Numbered from the whole stretch's first letter, positions 1 to 12,082 are shown. The stretch is DNA of 61,641 bases, filler included, from Choristocarpus tenellus KU-1152 (GCA_964200185.2; 11 parts of 11 records of this genome joined end to end with filler, not necessarily neighbours in it), one strand, 5' to 3'. The notes: generated by a model from the sequence alone, not told the origin. A program made the numbers and translations.

Positions 1-2991
1 CTTGTACCCCAACCCTAACACCTTTTTTCTTTTTTTTTTAAGCCACTCCGGCTCGCATAGCTTCCAAACAACCAGGACCTGCTGCAACTTTCGACTACTA
101 AGATATTCTTCACCCGGGTTTTCGCTTAGGCATTTCCTGGACGCAATGGCACACATTCGCATTGCTCTCTTCCCCAACCTTCCCTTTGAGCGGTCACCCT
201 GGTTCTCCCTTCACCCGCCGTGATCAGGCTTCCCCACAAACTTCGTCACTGTACCACCTGGTGATGGACTCACCAGTCTCTTTCTGCTTTCATGAGGTGG
301 CAGAGACTGCAGAGTAGTGCTCCAACATTGTTGAAGATCCAACCACGTTTGTGTGGTAATGCTCTCCATGCATCTTCTCTAAGCGTCAGTGTTGTGGCCG
401 CGTGATCCATTGGGCGATTTGATCATGCTGCTGCTCTACACTACTCGCACCGTCTCGTCACCCAACATCGCACTGAGTGTCACATGGTACTTGCATTTCC
501 GTCGCCTCTCGATAGAGAAGGTGCCGAGGGTAGATCCAGGGGGCAGAGTGGCCTCGACAGCTCTCCTTGTCTCACCACTGTGGTTCTTGTTGCTGTGTGG
601 GCCACGCATGTGTGTGCTCACAGAAAGTCTCCAAATGGGGTTAAAAAGATGTCCGCAAATCTTAGGTTTTTTTTTCGGTATTGTGATTTTAAAACATAGG
701 CTACTCATTTGTTTTTCTTGATACGATACTGTACCACCAGTCAATGTTGACTGTTGATTGGTCTGTTATGCACTGGTCGATACTCTCCCTACTCAATCAT
801 CTCATCAAATCAATTACTGTCAGAACACCACAGTACAGAACAGTTGCTCCGCATCCCACAAACAGGAATGGTATGCATCACTTGAGTTGCATCATATATT
901 GGTTCGAGCTTGTTCTGCTGTTTGTTTCCCTCCCCTTTTCCCCCCCTCTCTTTCTTCTTCTTAGCAGAAGAAGACCACAGTTGTACATTTACTGTGGTTA
1001 TTATTTCTTTCTTGGTTGTAATTGACCCCACATAATGCACCAAGCTCATTCTGCAATAAGTGTACCTGATGCACACCTGGATGTTATATATTCAGAGTTA
1101 AATCATCCACGGAAACCCTTGTCCGCCAAGGTAACAAGCCTCTCCACACAGTGTGGACTTCTTTCGTTGAGTATCTCATAAAACAACACTGAATACACAC
1201 CACATTATTCTTGACTGATCGATCAATGACCTCAGTTACACCAGAATAAATACATTGGTGCTTTGCAGCACTATCATATCTCTTCACAGCACAGACTGAC
1301 TACGCATTTACTCATCAGTGCTTTGCAGTACCATGATTTCTCCTCCCAACACAGACTACGCATTTTGCACAGAAGTACGATGCATTCGATTCAGGTTTTA
1401 ACATGCCACACGTGCCACATTTGGGCAGTGACCTAACTCGCATCTGAGGTTTGCGGAGAGTTCAGCCAACCACTTTTGTGTCCGTTTCGAAGTCATGTCC
1501 TTCAAGATTCCGTCGGAGATATTCCCCCGCGTTTTTGCCATTATTTGATCGGGACATAGGTCCCGTTCCACCAAGTTAGGACATTTATGAATACAACCTT
1601 CAAACTTTCTTTTCATAAGCTTTCAATTGATACAATTTTTCTGTATAATTCGTGTTGCGATATGATGAAACAAAACAAGATTGCCACGGAGGGTGAAGCT
1701 ACTGGTACCACTTTTGGAGAATACCTACACCTACACCATCACGTATAGACCAACTCCCCCCTCCCACCTGATGAGACCGAAATGGAATTTGCACTTGGAC
1801 GAGCAGCAGCGATCAACCCCGCCCAAGACGGGGCTGAAGGTGCAAATTTCGCAGAGGATGGGGATGGAAGTATCGACCTCGCCCAGGAGGAGGCTAGAGA
1901 AGTCGACTTCGAACAGGATGAGGCTGGAGGTATCGATCTAGCCCACACTATGGCTAGAGATGTCGATCTCACCCAAGAGGGGTGTGGTGGGGACATCAAT
2001 CGAGAAGGATTTTATGATTGAGGCTACTACATCAGTGGAGGATGCTGTCATGATGAGTACGCTTCCCCCCCTGAGGGGGTAGAAGTGAATGCCATTGTCC
2101 CAGAGGGGATTGTTGGGGGGGAGGAACCTGCCGCGAAGATGGCACAGCCGGTGTTTGATCCACGGGGGTCAACTAGGACGAATGTAACATCAGAAGTGGG
2201 TGTTGAGGAACTGGTCGGAAGTATTGCATATACCATAGTCCCAGGGGGGACTGTTGAGGGGGAGGAGCTCGACTCAATTATGGAAACTGGTGATATACAG
2301 CTCGCATCAACACCAGGCAATGATGGACCTGATGAGCTCGTTCAAGGTGGGGCTGGAGCTTTTATCACGGCCCTGTAGGGCCCGAGTGGTGATATGCGAC
2401 CTACTACTATAGAGGATATCAACGAGATACATATGTAACTCAGTCATTGCCATAAGGCGATGGTACGTAGATATGCCAAGGATCGTTGGATTTACTTTAC
2501 TGGGGAGTGGCAACAATACTGCAAGGGGTGCGGTATTGGCTCGACTCATGGGAAACCAGTACCCAAGGTTATAGAGAGGAAAATAGTCAACAGGCGTGAC
2601 TGTGTTTGGGAACCTTATTCTGTTGCTGGGACAAACAAGACTGGGGGTGGAATCTTGGAGGAGAAGCAAGAAGACCTTGGGCTGAGGACTGGAGATTTGG
2701 TGTTGGAGGAAATTTCTTTGTGATCGACAGAAGAGGTTCCAGATGAAATGATTCCAGAATAAGTGTATTTAGAACATGCAGTTTCGGAGATAGACCTTGG
2801 AAGTGAGGGAGGTGGAATATATGCGGAGAAAAATATGGGGGATGAAAGTATTAATAGGATGCTGAACACTGGTGCTGGTGGTATGGATCCACCTACGTCA
2901 CAGCAGGGGAGTGGTGGAAGGTTGTTACTAAGGCTTGCGGATCATAACAGCGACCCCCCACCTGAGCCTGGTGAACCATTGGAGCGTACAT

Positions 2992-3265
2992 GAGTCAAAG
3001 TATCTTAGAGGGTAAAGCCGGGTCCGTTTGATGACCAAAATCCAATGTTACGATTTTGATGTAATTTTGTCTATCGTGTTTGTTAGGAAGTGTCAATATC
3101 CTTGTTCCAGGCACATGTTCCAGGCACATGTTTTCATAACGTAAACACTTTGGCTACTCCAAAATATTTCGGAGTAGGTAAATGCCATGAAAGAACCGTG
3201 GGAAGTCAAGGCCTAAACGGACAAACAGGGCAAAACTTGTACCCTCTAAGAATATACTTTCATTC
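2992..3265 (+). mobile_element. MITE family A copy (Sola-like non-autonomous DNA transposon)
   Basis: TIR GAGTCAAAGTATCTTAGAGGGTA ... TACCCTCTAAGAATATACTTTCATTC; 4-bp TSD ACAT at 2988-2991 and 3266-3269. Confidence 0.88.
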
Positions 3266-3400
3266 ACATTACGGTATGAGCGAAGACTGACTGCTCTGCT
3301 TGTGGGTGGGAACGATACACTCCCGCCAGAACCTAAAACCATGCGAACAAAGATGGTTTTTTATCGAGGCAGATCGATTGGAAAGGGAGAGTGCAGAGGT

Positions 3401-3659
3401 GAGTGAAAGTATCTTAGAGGTTACGAGCTTTTCCTCGTTTGTCCATTTGGGACTTGGCTTCCCGCGGGTTTTTAATGACATTTTACCTACTCCAAAATGT
3501 TTCAAAGTAGTTAAAATTTAAATGTTATGAAAAGGTGTGTCCAGAACAAGGATATTGACAACACCTAACAAACATGATTGCCAAAATTACATCAAAATTG
3601 CAACATTGGATTTTCGCCCCCAAATGGACGCGACTCTACTCTCTAAGATACTTTAACTC
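3401..3659 (-). mobile_element. MITE family A copy
   Basis: Termini GAGTGAAAGTATCTTAGAGG ... CTCTAAGATACTTTAACTC; TSD AGGT on both sides; the interior matches the reverse complement of the 2992 copy. Confidence 0.9.
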
Positions 3660-3755
3660 AGGTCCAAGGCGACACTAGGACTACTGGAAGGATAAACTTT
3701 GCTAGAACAAGGAAACCGGGACACTTGTGGTGGACCAGAGTTGGCAGTTAGAGAA

Positions 3756-4015
3756 GAGTCGAAGTATCTTAGAGGGTAGAGCCGCGTCCATTTGGGGGCC
3801 AAAATCCAATGTTGCCATATTGATGCAATTTTGACTATCGCGTTTGTTAGGAAGGGTCAATATCCTTGTTCAGGACACACTTTTCATAACGTATGCATTT
3901 TACCTACTCCGAAATATTTCGGATTAGGAAAATGCCATAAAAAAAACGGTGGGAAGTCAAGCCCCGAAAACGGACAGACAGGTCAAAACTTCTACCCTCT
4001 AAGATGCTTTCACTC
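3756..4015 (+). mobile_element. MITE family A copy
   Basis: Termini GAGTCGAAGTATCTTAGAGGGTAG ... CTACCCTCTAAGATGCTTTCACTC; TSD AGAA on both sides. Confidence 0.9.
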
Positions 4016-4652
4016 AGAATTGGCATTTTGCGTGGAGAATTCATGTTGGTCTGATTGGTTGAATGCTAAGAAGGTTATTGGGTGCCTGTTGGTACTAAAG
4101 ATAATGGAATTACCTTTGGAGATTTGAGGTTTTATTGGAATGGACGAAGAGTGATCAATTAATTGCCTATACAGATGCTAATTGTGGAAACTGCAAGGAT
4201 AGTAGATTGTCCATCCCTGGTGGTGTTGGAATGTTTGGGGGAGGATGTGTTGATTGGTGGTCTAGGAAGCAGAAAACGGTTACACAGTCTACTACTGAGG
4301 CTGAGTATATTGCACTGTGTGAGTTGGGGAAAGAGGTTACATTCATCAAGCAAGTGTACATGTTCATGTAACCACAATGTAAAAATTAGTTGGTATTAGT
4401 GTTTGAGGACAATGAAGGTGAATAAAGATTTCGCAGAAGACACTATCTGGTGTCAGAACTAAGCACATAGGCGTTAGGTACCACTATGTACGGCAGCTAG
4501 AGAGGGAAAGGAAAGTGAAGAACGGATATGTACCTACGAAGTTCCAACATGCAGATCTTTTTACCAAGGGTTTGTCGAAGGAATAGTTTGATAGGCATGC
4601 GGATACTGTTAAAGTATCCCCAAAATCATCAAAGAGGATAAAGGTGATAAAC

Positions 4653-4752
4653 NNNNNNNNNNNNNNNNNNNNNNNNNNNNNNNNNNNNNNNNNNNNTTAA
4701 TTAATTAANNNNNNNNNNNNNNNNNNNNNNNNNNNNNNNNNNNNNNNNNNNN
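4653..4752. other. Artificial assembly spacer, first of ten (others: 7901-8000, 10673-10772, 13329-13428, 25043-25142, 32116-32215, 43661-43760, 48315-48414, 54365-54464, 58809-58908)
   Basis: Identical 44 N + TTAATTAATTAA + 44 N each time; the 12-mer places stop codons in all six frames. Confidence 0.97.
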
Positions 4753-4781
4753 CCCCCCCCCCCTCCCAGATACTTTGGGTC
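4753..4781 (+). mobile_element. MITE family B right terminus, apparently inserted into a family A copy
   Basis: Poly-C + CCCAGATACTTTGGGTC, directly followed by family A interior sequence. Confidence 0.7.
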
Positions 4782-4975
4782 TTTTTTTTATGACATTTTC
4801 CTATTACGAAATGTTTCGGAGTAGGTAAAATGTATACGTCATGAAAAGGTGTGTCTGGAACAAGGACATTGACACCTCCTAGCAAGTACGATGCAACCAA
4901 AATTACATCAAAATCGCAACATAGGATTTTGACCCCCAAATGGACGCGGCTCTACCCTCTAAGATACTTTGGCTC
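4782..4975 (-). mobile_element. MITE family A, truncated copy
   Basis: Family A interior ending CTACCCTCTAAGATACTTTGGCTC. Confidence 0.85.
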
Positions 4976-5559
4976 AGAGTGCTTGCGGTTCGTTAAACTT
5001 GGGCGGATTGTTCGAGCTCTAAAAACAGGAAGACAAATAGGGCTGGTAACATAGGGTGAAGAGGATGCGTATAGGACTAGTATGTAACCGCGACATAGTT
5101 TCCCTTCTTTTGCCGGGTTCTGTCGATCGGTACAACACAGCGAAAGTATGAATCAATCTGTTCAATGAGCAACTTCGCAATATGTAAAACCGAAAAACCT
5201 TGCGACAATGTTCGTTGTGAAACTGTCAAACGTCGGTAAGATCTGTGAGAGTTTAGGTTGTGTGTTTGGTGTATGGAACCATATGTTTGGATGTTAACCT
5301 ATGGCGATGTTCTACAATGACATAATTGCTTGCTTGTGAGTTCGTCACTCGTGTTCAGGGTAATGCCCTCAGAGTATTTGACGATGTCCAGGTATTTTGT
5401 ACCCTCCTCCACATCCTCCCTCAACACGAGGTCCCTTTCACCTGTGGATTTTATGGGGTTACATTAATGTGCGCAATCAGGGCGTTTATTTTGAGGTGGC
5501 TTGATACGAACTGAAATACGGTGGAGAGATGAGATGATGAACCTCACACTCAGTTGAGT

Positions 5560-7130
5560 ACCTCATCGCTGAGGATGTATTTTTTGGTAGAAGGACCATC
5601 TGTTGAAGACCCTGCTCAGGAGTCATCGGCGTAGGGGTCGATCCCGAGCTTGTCTTTCCTTTTTAGGTCGTTCATAACTTGTATGGCGACCTCCAGGACA
5701 GCCCTCTTGATGAGAACATTTTTGGTGTGCATACGTCTTATGTATGCCAATTGAACTTTCCAGGGTTGAGAAGCCCACTCCTCCTCCGCCTGGACGGCAG
5801 ACGCCGGGTCGGGATCGCCGACCCCTGGTCTGTTCTTCTTCCCTTTTCCTCTTGTCTTCTTCTTTCCTTTTGTCCTGGTCGGCCAGGGGCCGTTTGTTCC
5901 GGATGCCCCTTAGAGTGTGGGAGAACTGTCACGGAGAAGCACATGGGTAGGGGAACGGAAAATCACATGGATGACATGGGTGTCTGCTTTGCGAGGCACG
6001 AACTAGACGGTAAACATTGTGTCTGTTGCAGGGTCAGCAGGGGAGTATATGCATATACATCCATACGTTACTTTAATCCTCACGGTCAAAATCGACTTAC
6101 CCTTTCCTCTGGAAATGTCTCCGTCCCGACAACATACGTCAACAAGAGCGCGTCAGTAGGCAATTTTTTGGCTACCTGTTCTGAGAAGACGTGGGCAGCC
6201 ACCTCGACAATGTCGCGCCAACAATGGTCTTGGGGGGTCTCCCCTCTAAGGATGGCTAAGCCGGCTCCAGCGAGGACATCGGTGCACATTCTTGCGAAAT
6301 AATACTCTCCTTGACCTCGTCTGTGAGCTATATGTACATCAAATGTGCGATAGTGTGTCGTTAGGAGACCAATGAAGAACGAGCTTTTGCGGATGTGGAG
6401 GATTTTGGGTTGACAGTGAATCTATCAGAGAAGGACTATCAGGGGATGCACGTAGTGCAGCAGAACCCTATGGACTTGGAGTTCTTTGGAAACTAATGGC
6501 CTTTACCGTTCGACAGAACACATCAAATTCCTTCATTATTGTCTACCCTTCCACTAAAGCCCAACATAGCTCAAAAAAGATCTGCCTACCCCCCCCCTCT
6601 CACTGTCAGAATCTGACAGAGTGCAAGCTTTACTCCCTCTCTTCTGCTCACCTCTCTATAGTTCCTCGCAATAGCTTCTGCAGCCAGTCCTCAACCATTT
6701 CAGTGGACTCCGGATTTCCTCCTTCCGACTCTCAATCCCTCACAAGGGACATGCCACAGGGGAGATGGCACCACTCAATCTAGAAGTAAACCTTGTCCTG
6801 CCATTTAGTCCTGCAGTACAACAATTCTTTGACAACAAATGGATAGGAGAATTTAACTTCCACTTACTTGTTGTATATGGGAACGTACGCATTGGTGATC
6901 TCTCTTTGAAGTATTTCTTATTGGCTCCAGATGGAGCCAACGTCGTCGGCAAATTTCTTTGACTTTGCCCCCTTTATCACCACTGCCATCATAGGACACA
7001 TGAAAAAAGGTGTTGACACAGTTGATTGTGGTGAGGAATTTCGTCGTACATGCTTTCTATTCCGTCGTAATCCCGTAGATCCCACCAAGTAAGTTTAGGA
7101 ATACCACCATCAGGTCATAATCACATGAAC
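5560..7130 (-). pseudogene. Decayed spliced coding relic(s) of unknown origin, possibly transposon-derived, with a chromodomain-like segment
   Basis: AG/GTAAGT-bounded exon ~6100-6320 (RGQGEYYFARMCTDVLAG..ETFPEER). A stop-interrupted frame at ~6660-7120 includes YPFVVKELLYCRTKWQDKVYF*IEWCHLP..RD*ESEGGN..EMVEDW. Confidence 0.3.
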
Positions 7131-7235
7131 TCACTGCCCATAGTCGTTTGCAGAAAGAGGTCTAATGTCAAGGTACACCTTTCACAGTCGTATACACATT
7201 TTAGGTTACTGTGTCCACACAGAAAACCGAAAAAG

Positions 7236-7314
7236 AGCATTAAAAACCCGTGAGAAGTCAAGCCCTGAACGTACAAACAGGGCAAAACTCCTACCCTCTT
7301 CAATACTTTTACTC
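7236..7314 (+). mobile_element. MITE family A, right-end fragment
   Basis: GAAGTCAAGCCCTGAACGTACAAACAGGGCAAAACTCCTACCCTCTTCAATACTTTTACTC matches the family A right end. Confidence 0.75.
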
Positions 7315-7397
7315 AACCACAAGAGGTGAGGGTAAAGGAAGGAAGGGAAAAAAGGGACTGACATGCTGGGCGTACGTTCGCAGGCTGAGTAACATGT

Positions 7398-7551
7398 TGA
7401 CCAATCGTTACTCTTAACAGCCGATTTCAAAAATTGAGGATGGAGCTTTTCATTGAGGATGGGCTTGACCCAAAATTGACTGCGATAAAGTGTAGATATG
7501 TTTTTTGTTTTAAGTTTTGAAATCGGCTGTTTCTTTCGTTACGATCAGTCA
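7398..7551. repeat. Small foldback element (~35-bp imperfect inverted repeats)
   Basis: AACAGCCGATTTCAAAA (7416-7432) is the exact reverse complement of TTTTGAAATCGGCTGTT (7515-7531); the match extends imperfectly outward. Confidence 0.7.
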
Positions 7552-8582
7552 GAACAGAAAACACAACCTAGGACTTGGCTTGAATCCATCATTCATGTCG
7601 GCATTAATGTGAGCTGATCATGCATCTGGCCAATATCATACGACCTTGACTTGGCCTCAATAGAAAAAGGTGACATGTGCACATGCATATCACTGCGTGC
7701 ATAACTATATCAGTTTGTCACAGGTGGTGATGAAGCCTGACCTTTGATGGTGCTCCTCTCTCCTAAGTTTACGATTGGCCAACCTTAACCTCATACCCTC
7801 GGTCACGGTTCGTCCAAGTTCGTGTGGTCCGTCTTGCCCGGTGATTCTCTTCGCCCTTGCCTGAGTGAACCACGCCGCCATAGAATCACACGATTCACAT
7901 NNNNNNNNNNNNNNNNNNNNNNNNNNNNNNNNNNNNNNNNNNNNTTAATTAATTAANNNNNNNNNNNNNNNNNNNNNNNNNNNNNNNNNNNNNNNNNNNN
8001 ATAAGGCTGAGTAGGCAAAGTCTAACCATTTGACCCGTATTCCAACAGTGGGGGGGGGGGGTTACAAACTGAATAGACTTTCAGGTTTTTTCATGATTGA
8101 CAGGGCATTATTTTCATCAACAGGTCCAGTGAATTGTTGTGTCAGTCCCCTTCAATTTTTGGTTTGGTTCTATTCTTTTGTGCCTTTGTTTGTATTGTGT
8201 GTATTGTTTGTGCTGTTCATTGATGAACGCCTCCTCATGTTACAAAGGTTTTATAACCGTCCCACCTTCCGAGGTGTGGGTAAAAGAGAAGATGAAAGTA
8301 GAAAGTAAGAAATATGGCACAAAGTGCTCATGATTGTTTTACTTGAATTATGGCAGCATGTGACTTTTTTAGGATGGTGCTGCAAGGAAGTTAATATCAT
8401 AGAGTCCTTGTTCATTATGTTCTTTCTACTTCGGAGTATTATGTTCTTAAGCATTCAAAAGTGATAAAGTTGACCTCTTTTCTCAATCCTGAGTTGGCGG
8501 TATCTCCAACTTCAACCCCTCTTCACTGCAGCAGAGTTTGTGTCCTAATCAACCATCCCAAAACCCAAACCACCTTGTGCAG

Positions 8583-10386
8583 GCTATGTTTGTTCTTTAT
8601 CAGACAGAGATGATTGGTGTCATGCGTAAATTTGGAGTCTGGAGTGAGGGAGAGATCATGAGTGGGCAGGTATGATGATGACAGAGGAGGCAGCATGGAT
8701 GGGAAAGGACCCGGAGAGGGCATGTAGGCAGTGAATGTGTGCTTGAAATCACAACTCACAAATCACAAATCACAACATTTAATTACAAACAATCTGGTTG
8801 GTACCCGTCAGATAAAGCTCTTCCATTTCATTCAGGTGCTTGAGTTCAAGGCTAGGACTCTCAAAGGTGCCAAGCTGGAGGATGCACAGTCTCGCCTCAA
8901 CAAGGAGTTCGCTCGGGTGAGGATATGTCTCCCGAATTGTGTCTGTGTGTATGATGGAGAGATAGTCGTGACCCTAACCCTTACTCTGCTTGAGTACATA
9001 CCACTATTTAAAATGCTTCAGTCAGGGTACTTCATAGTCCGGAGTGCTACTACTTGGATTATAATATTACTAGTAGTAGTATTATTTGTATCACTATTTA
9101 CTGTACATGTGATGGTGATGGACAGTTTGCAATTGTCTTGTGAGGTGGGGGGCTATTTTGAATTGTGATGTGATCACTGGTTTGTTGGAAACATACAACT
9201 CACCATCACCGATCAAGCCATGTGTAGATCACCAACGTGAAAGGCCCATGCAGTCCACCTCACATGGAGACACATTTTTGGGGGTATTGTTCTGGTTAGT
9301 GTATATATTGTAACGGCTTGTCTTTATTTGTACAGAAGGATAGGAAGAGGCTATCTCTCTGTCACTTCAAAGCGTTCCAAGGTTATTTGTTATTATTGAG
9401 TATTTTGAAGAGTGCATGTACAATTTTGAAGAGTGCAGAAGAAACAGGTAAGGAACTTGCTTGTTTTGAGAAAGTACTCAACGACATTGAGCTGATGAAA
9501 CCAACCATAATGGGGGTCTGTTTTTTCGGCTAAGAACATACGATTGGGTTATATGGATGTGCAGGCATTATGCTTGAGAGTTTGCACAACACAGGTGATC
9601 CCAGAGTAAACAAAGCTATCGGCGCAGTCTGGATGGAGGCTGTTCACCCCTAGTATTGGTTGTTGTGGTAATTTTTGTTTTGTGCTGTACCTAAGTGAGT
9701 GCGATATAAATAATATATAAATAAAAATATGGAAAGTAAATATTTCTTTTCATGTCATATTTTGTCACTTTGTCACTGTGTGGAAGTGGATTGAAGGTTT
9801 GTTTGTTTGTCGTTTTACTCTTGTTTCCTTTTGAAGTCCTCACTTGGGTCTTACGTGTCCCCGTTGACTGGACGTTGACTGTAAACACGTGATGTTTGTT
9901 GATGTTTGTTGGGCGTTTTTGTGACAACAGATCAAGTCAGTTTTCCGGCGCCACTTTGATGATGGTCTTACCGCTCCTAATGAGCCTCCAATTTTGGAGG
10001 AGAAAGATGTGGATCCAACCTCAGACAATGACTTGAACAACAGTGAGGATGAACACCACAGCGATTTGGAGAGTGATGAGGAACTCCATTTTGGGCGAAC
10101 CTCTAGCCTGAGAGGTGATGATCTGAAGCTGAGGGTCGAGGAGGTTGTCCTGGAACCTGATGACTCAGTAGTGAGGGGGGAATCAGGGCCAATGGGTCCG
10201 GGGGGCTCGGATGCCTTGTGCAAGGCTTCAGCATGGTACTTTGTGAGCCACAATGAAAGGAGGGTGTCGGAGGAGTTGAAAGGACAAGCATGGCGAGAAT
10301 CCCCCCTTCTTTTCCTTAGCTTTCCCTGGGTGGCAGCTCATGACTTGCTCTGCAAGATCAAGCGAATTCGTTGCACAGGCTGCTGA
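8583..10386 (+). CDS. RNA-dependent RNA polymerase (eukaryotic RNAi RDR), 3' exons only: 8583-8669, 8836-8916, 9931-10386
   Basis: Phase-0 AG/GT exons give AMFVLYQTEMIGVMRKFGVWSEGEIMSGQ|VLEFKARTLKGAKLEDAQSRLNKEFAR|IKSVFRRHFDD...KASAWYFVSH...LLFLSFPWVAAHDLLCKIK. The E.EI.SG, KASAWY and LSFPW..D.L..IK motifs are typical of RDR C-termini. The catalytic region is not in this piece. Confidence 0.8.
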
Positions 10387-10633
10387 GTTATCGCTGATTG
10401 CAGCCCAGAGTAGGAAGCTGCTGTGTTGTGTAGCTGGAGGGATTCTTCGACCATCGAATGGGGCTTGAGTTAAATGCACTTGATGGGAACAATTCCTCTT
10501 TGACGGTCAAGCATGGTCATGCCACCTTCACCCTCCCTTGCACATAGATTATTGGGTTCGCTGAATTTGTCTTGTGATGGGTTTTTGTTGGGGGGGTTCA
10601 AGTGACAAGGGTGTGACAAGAGTGGAGTGCCTG

Positions 10634-10672
10634 GGCTCAAAGTATCCGGGGGGGTGGCGGCTGTCCAGTTGG
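10634..10672 (+). mobile_element. MITE family B left end, broken at a spacer
   Basis: GGCTCAAAGTATCCGGGGGGGTGGCGGCTGTCC. Confidence 0.75.
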
Positions 10673-12040
10673 NNNNNNNNNNNNNNNNNNNNNNNNNNNN
10701 NNNNNNNNNNNNNNNNTTAATTAATTAANNNNNNNNNNNNNNNNNNNNNNNNNNNNNNNNNNNNNNNNNNNNGTATAACGGTATATGGCATACGGCAATA
10801 ACGGTATAATAACAGACAAACTAGCTTTCCACATGATGCTCGGTTTTTAATAATAACAATTGTGTTGGTTTGAAAGGTGTATATATATGCTACCTCTTTG
10901 CCATAAGTTTGTGCCACAAAAGATCTGGGCTCGCCAAGCGAGAACGGCGCCGAATCGGACGATAACCCCACAGAATAAAATCGGGTTGACAATCTCAGCT
11001 TTCAGAAAAGGTGGGGTTTGACGATTATCAGGTACCAACTTGAGGTGCTTCAAACCGTCAAAGTAGAGGTCCTTGGGGGTGATTTTGAGGGCCGAGCTGG
11101 GCATGTCAAGGGTCTGTACGTTGGTATGGCAACCCCCCCGTCAAAACCCCCGTGTAGGAAGGGTGCCCAAGTGTCCCTGAATACCAGGGTTGCGCTTGCA
11201 GTGCGGCAGGCTAACAGAATGGTCCCTGGTGAGCATAAACTGCCACGACACGTTGGACCGGCCCTCGCAGCTCGACTAGGCTTGTGACACAGCCATCTAA
11301 CTCCCCCGACATCAATATCAAGGACCTGTGCTAATAATGCAAACGCATGATCTGTGTTGCGTGGAAGAGTGGAGGGAGGGATACGGTGGGTTAGCACCCG
11401 TTGTGTGTGTACACTGATAATGCAGTATGTGACTGGGTACCCTGTGGCGGTTAGGAAACATAGACTTACCCAATCATCACTGTAGCGTGTGTCCTAATAA
11501 TCGAAAGACTATTTCTGCACACACTTTGGCGGGGTGTTTGTTATATAGAACAGTCTCCACTTCACGAATGTTGGCAGACAGGGTATTGGTCCTGACGTCC
11601 TCTCCTGTTCGAATCTCTCGCTGAAGTTGGCGTAGACATCCTCACCTGTCCCAATCTGTGACTTGTTGTCACGTCGGTTGCACCATATGTACGTAGTGTA
11701 ATGTCACAGTTTTGTTGGTCGAGGATGAACATGTTACAATGATTAACCCATATAGTGTCAAGGGGGTGGATATGTGCAATATTTGCGAGGATGACACTCG
11801 CTGGTGTAGAGTACCTCTGAGGCAATCGATTTGAATAGAGAGTGCAGGGGTTATAATCCGGCGGTCTGTGTATCGCGCATTTAAACGATATTTTTTTTAC
11901 ATGCTAAATACACACTCTACTATGTATTAAATAACCCTAACCCTAACCTACAAAGAAAAAAAAACATAATACGTAACAAGTTGCAAGGCCTGCAGTATTG
12001 GCAGTTACAGGGAAAACAACACATAAAAAAATGCCATACA

Positions 12041-12082
<42 letters not shown>

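Larger units (their letters stand above)
1780..4612 (+). mobile_element. Decayed Ty1/Copia LTR-retrotransposon internal region (GAG-pre-integrase, integrase tail, RT end and RNase H), interrupted by three MITEs
   Basis: ~2410-2570 reads DINEIHM*LSHCHKAMVRRYAKDRWIYFTGEWQQYCKGCGIGSTHGKPVPK (GAG-pre-integrase H..H..C..C pattern), then KIVNRRDCVWE (integrase C-terminal end). ~4135-4610 reads LIAYTDANCG..WWSRKQKTVTQSTTEAEYIAL..VFEDNEG..RTKHIGVRYHYVRQ..YVPTKFQHADLFTKGL (Copia RNase H motifs). There are several stops and frameshifts; LTRs were not identified. Confidence 0.9.

Noticed and set aside
4697-4708. Regularly recurring palindromic TTAATTAATTAA as a biological repeat or CRISPR-like array
   Set aside because: It is always centred in exactly 44 N + 44 N, so it is an artificial six-frame-stop linker.
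5679-6302. 207-aa plus-strand ORF
   Set aside because: No recognisable motif; splice signals and more protein-like frames are on the opposite strand.
8249-8500. Additional upstream RDR exons
   Set aside because: I could not find a phase-consistent, motif-supported junction to the 8583 exon.
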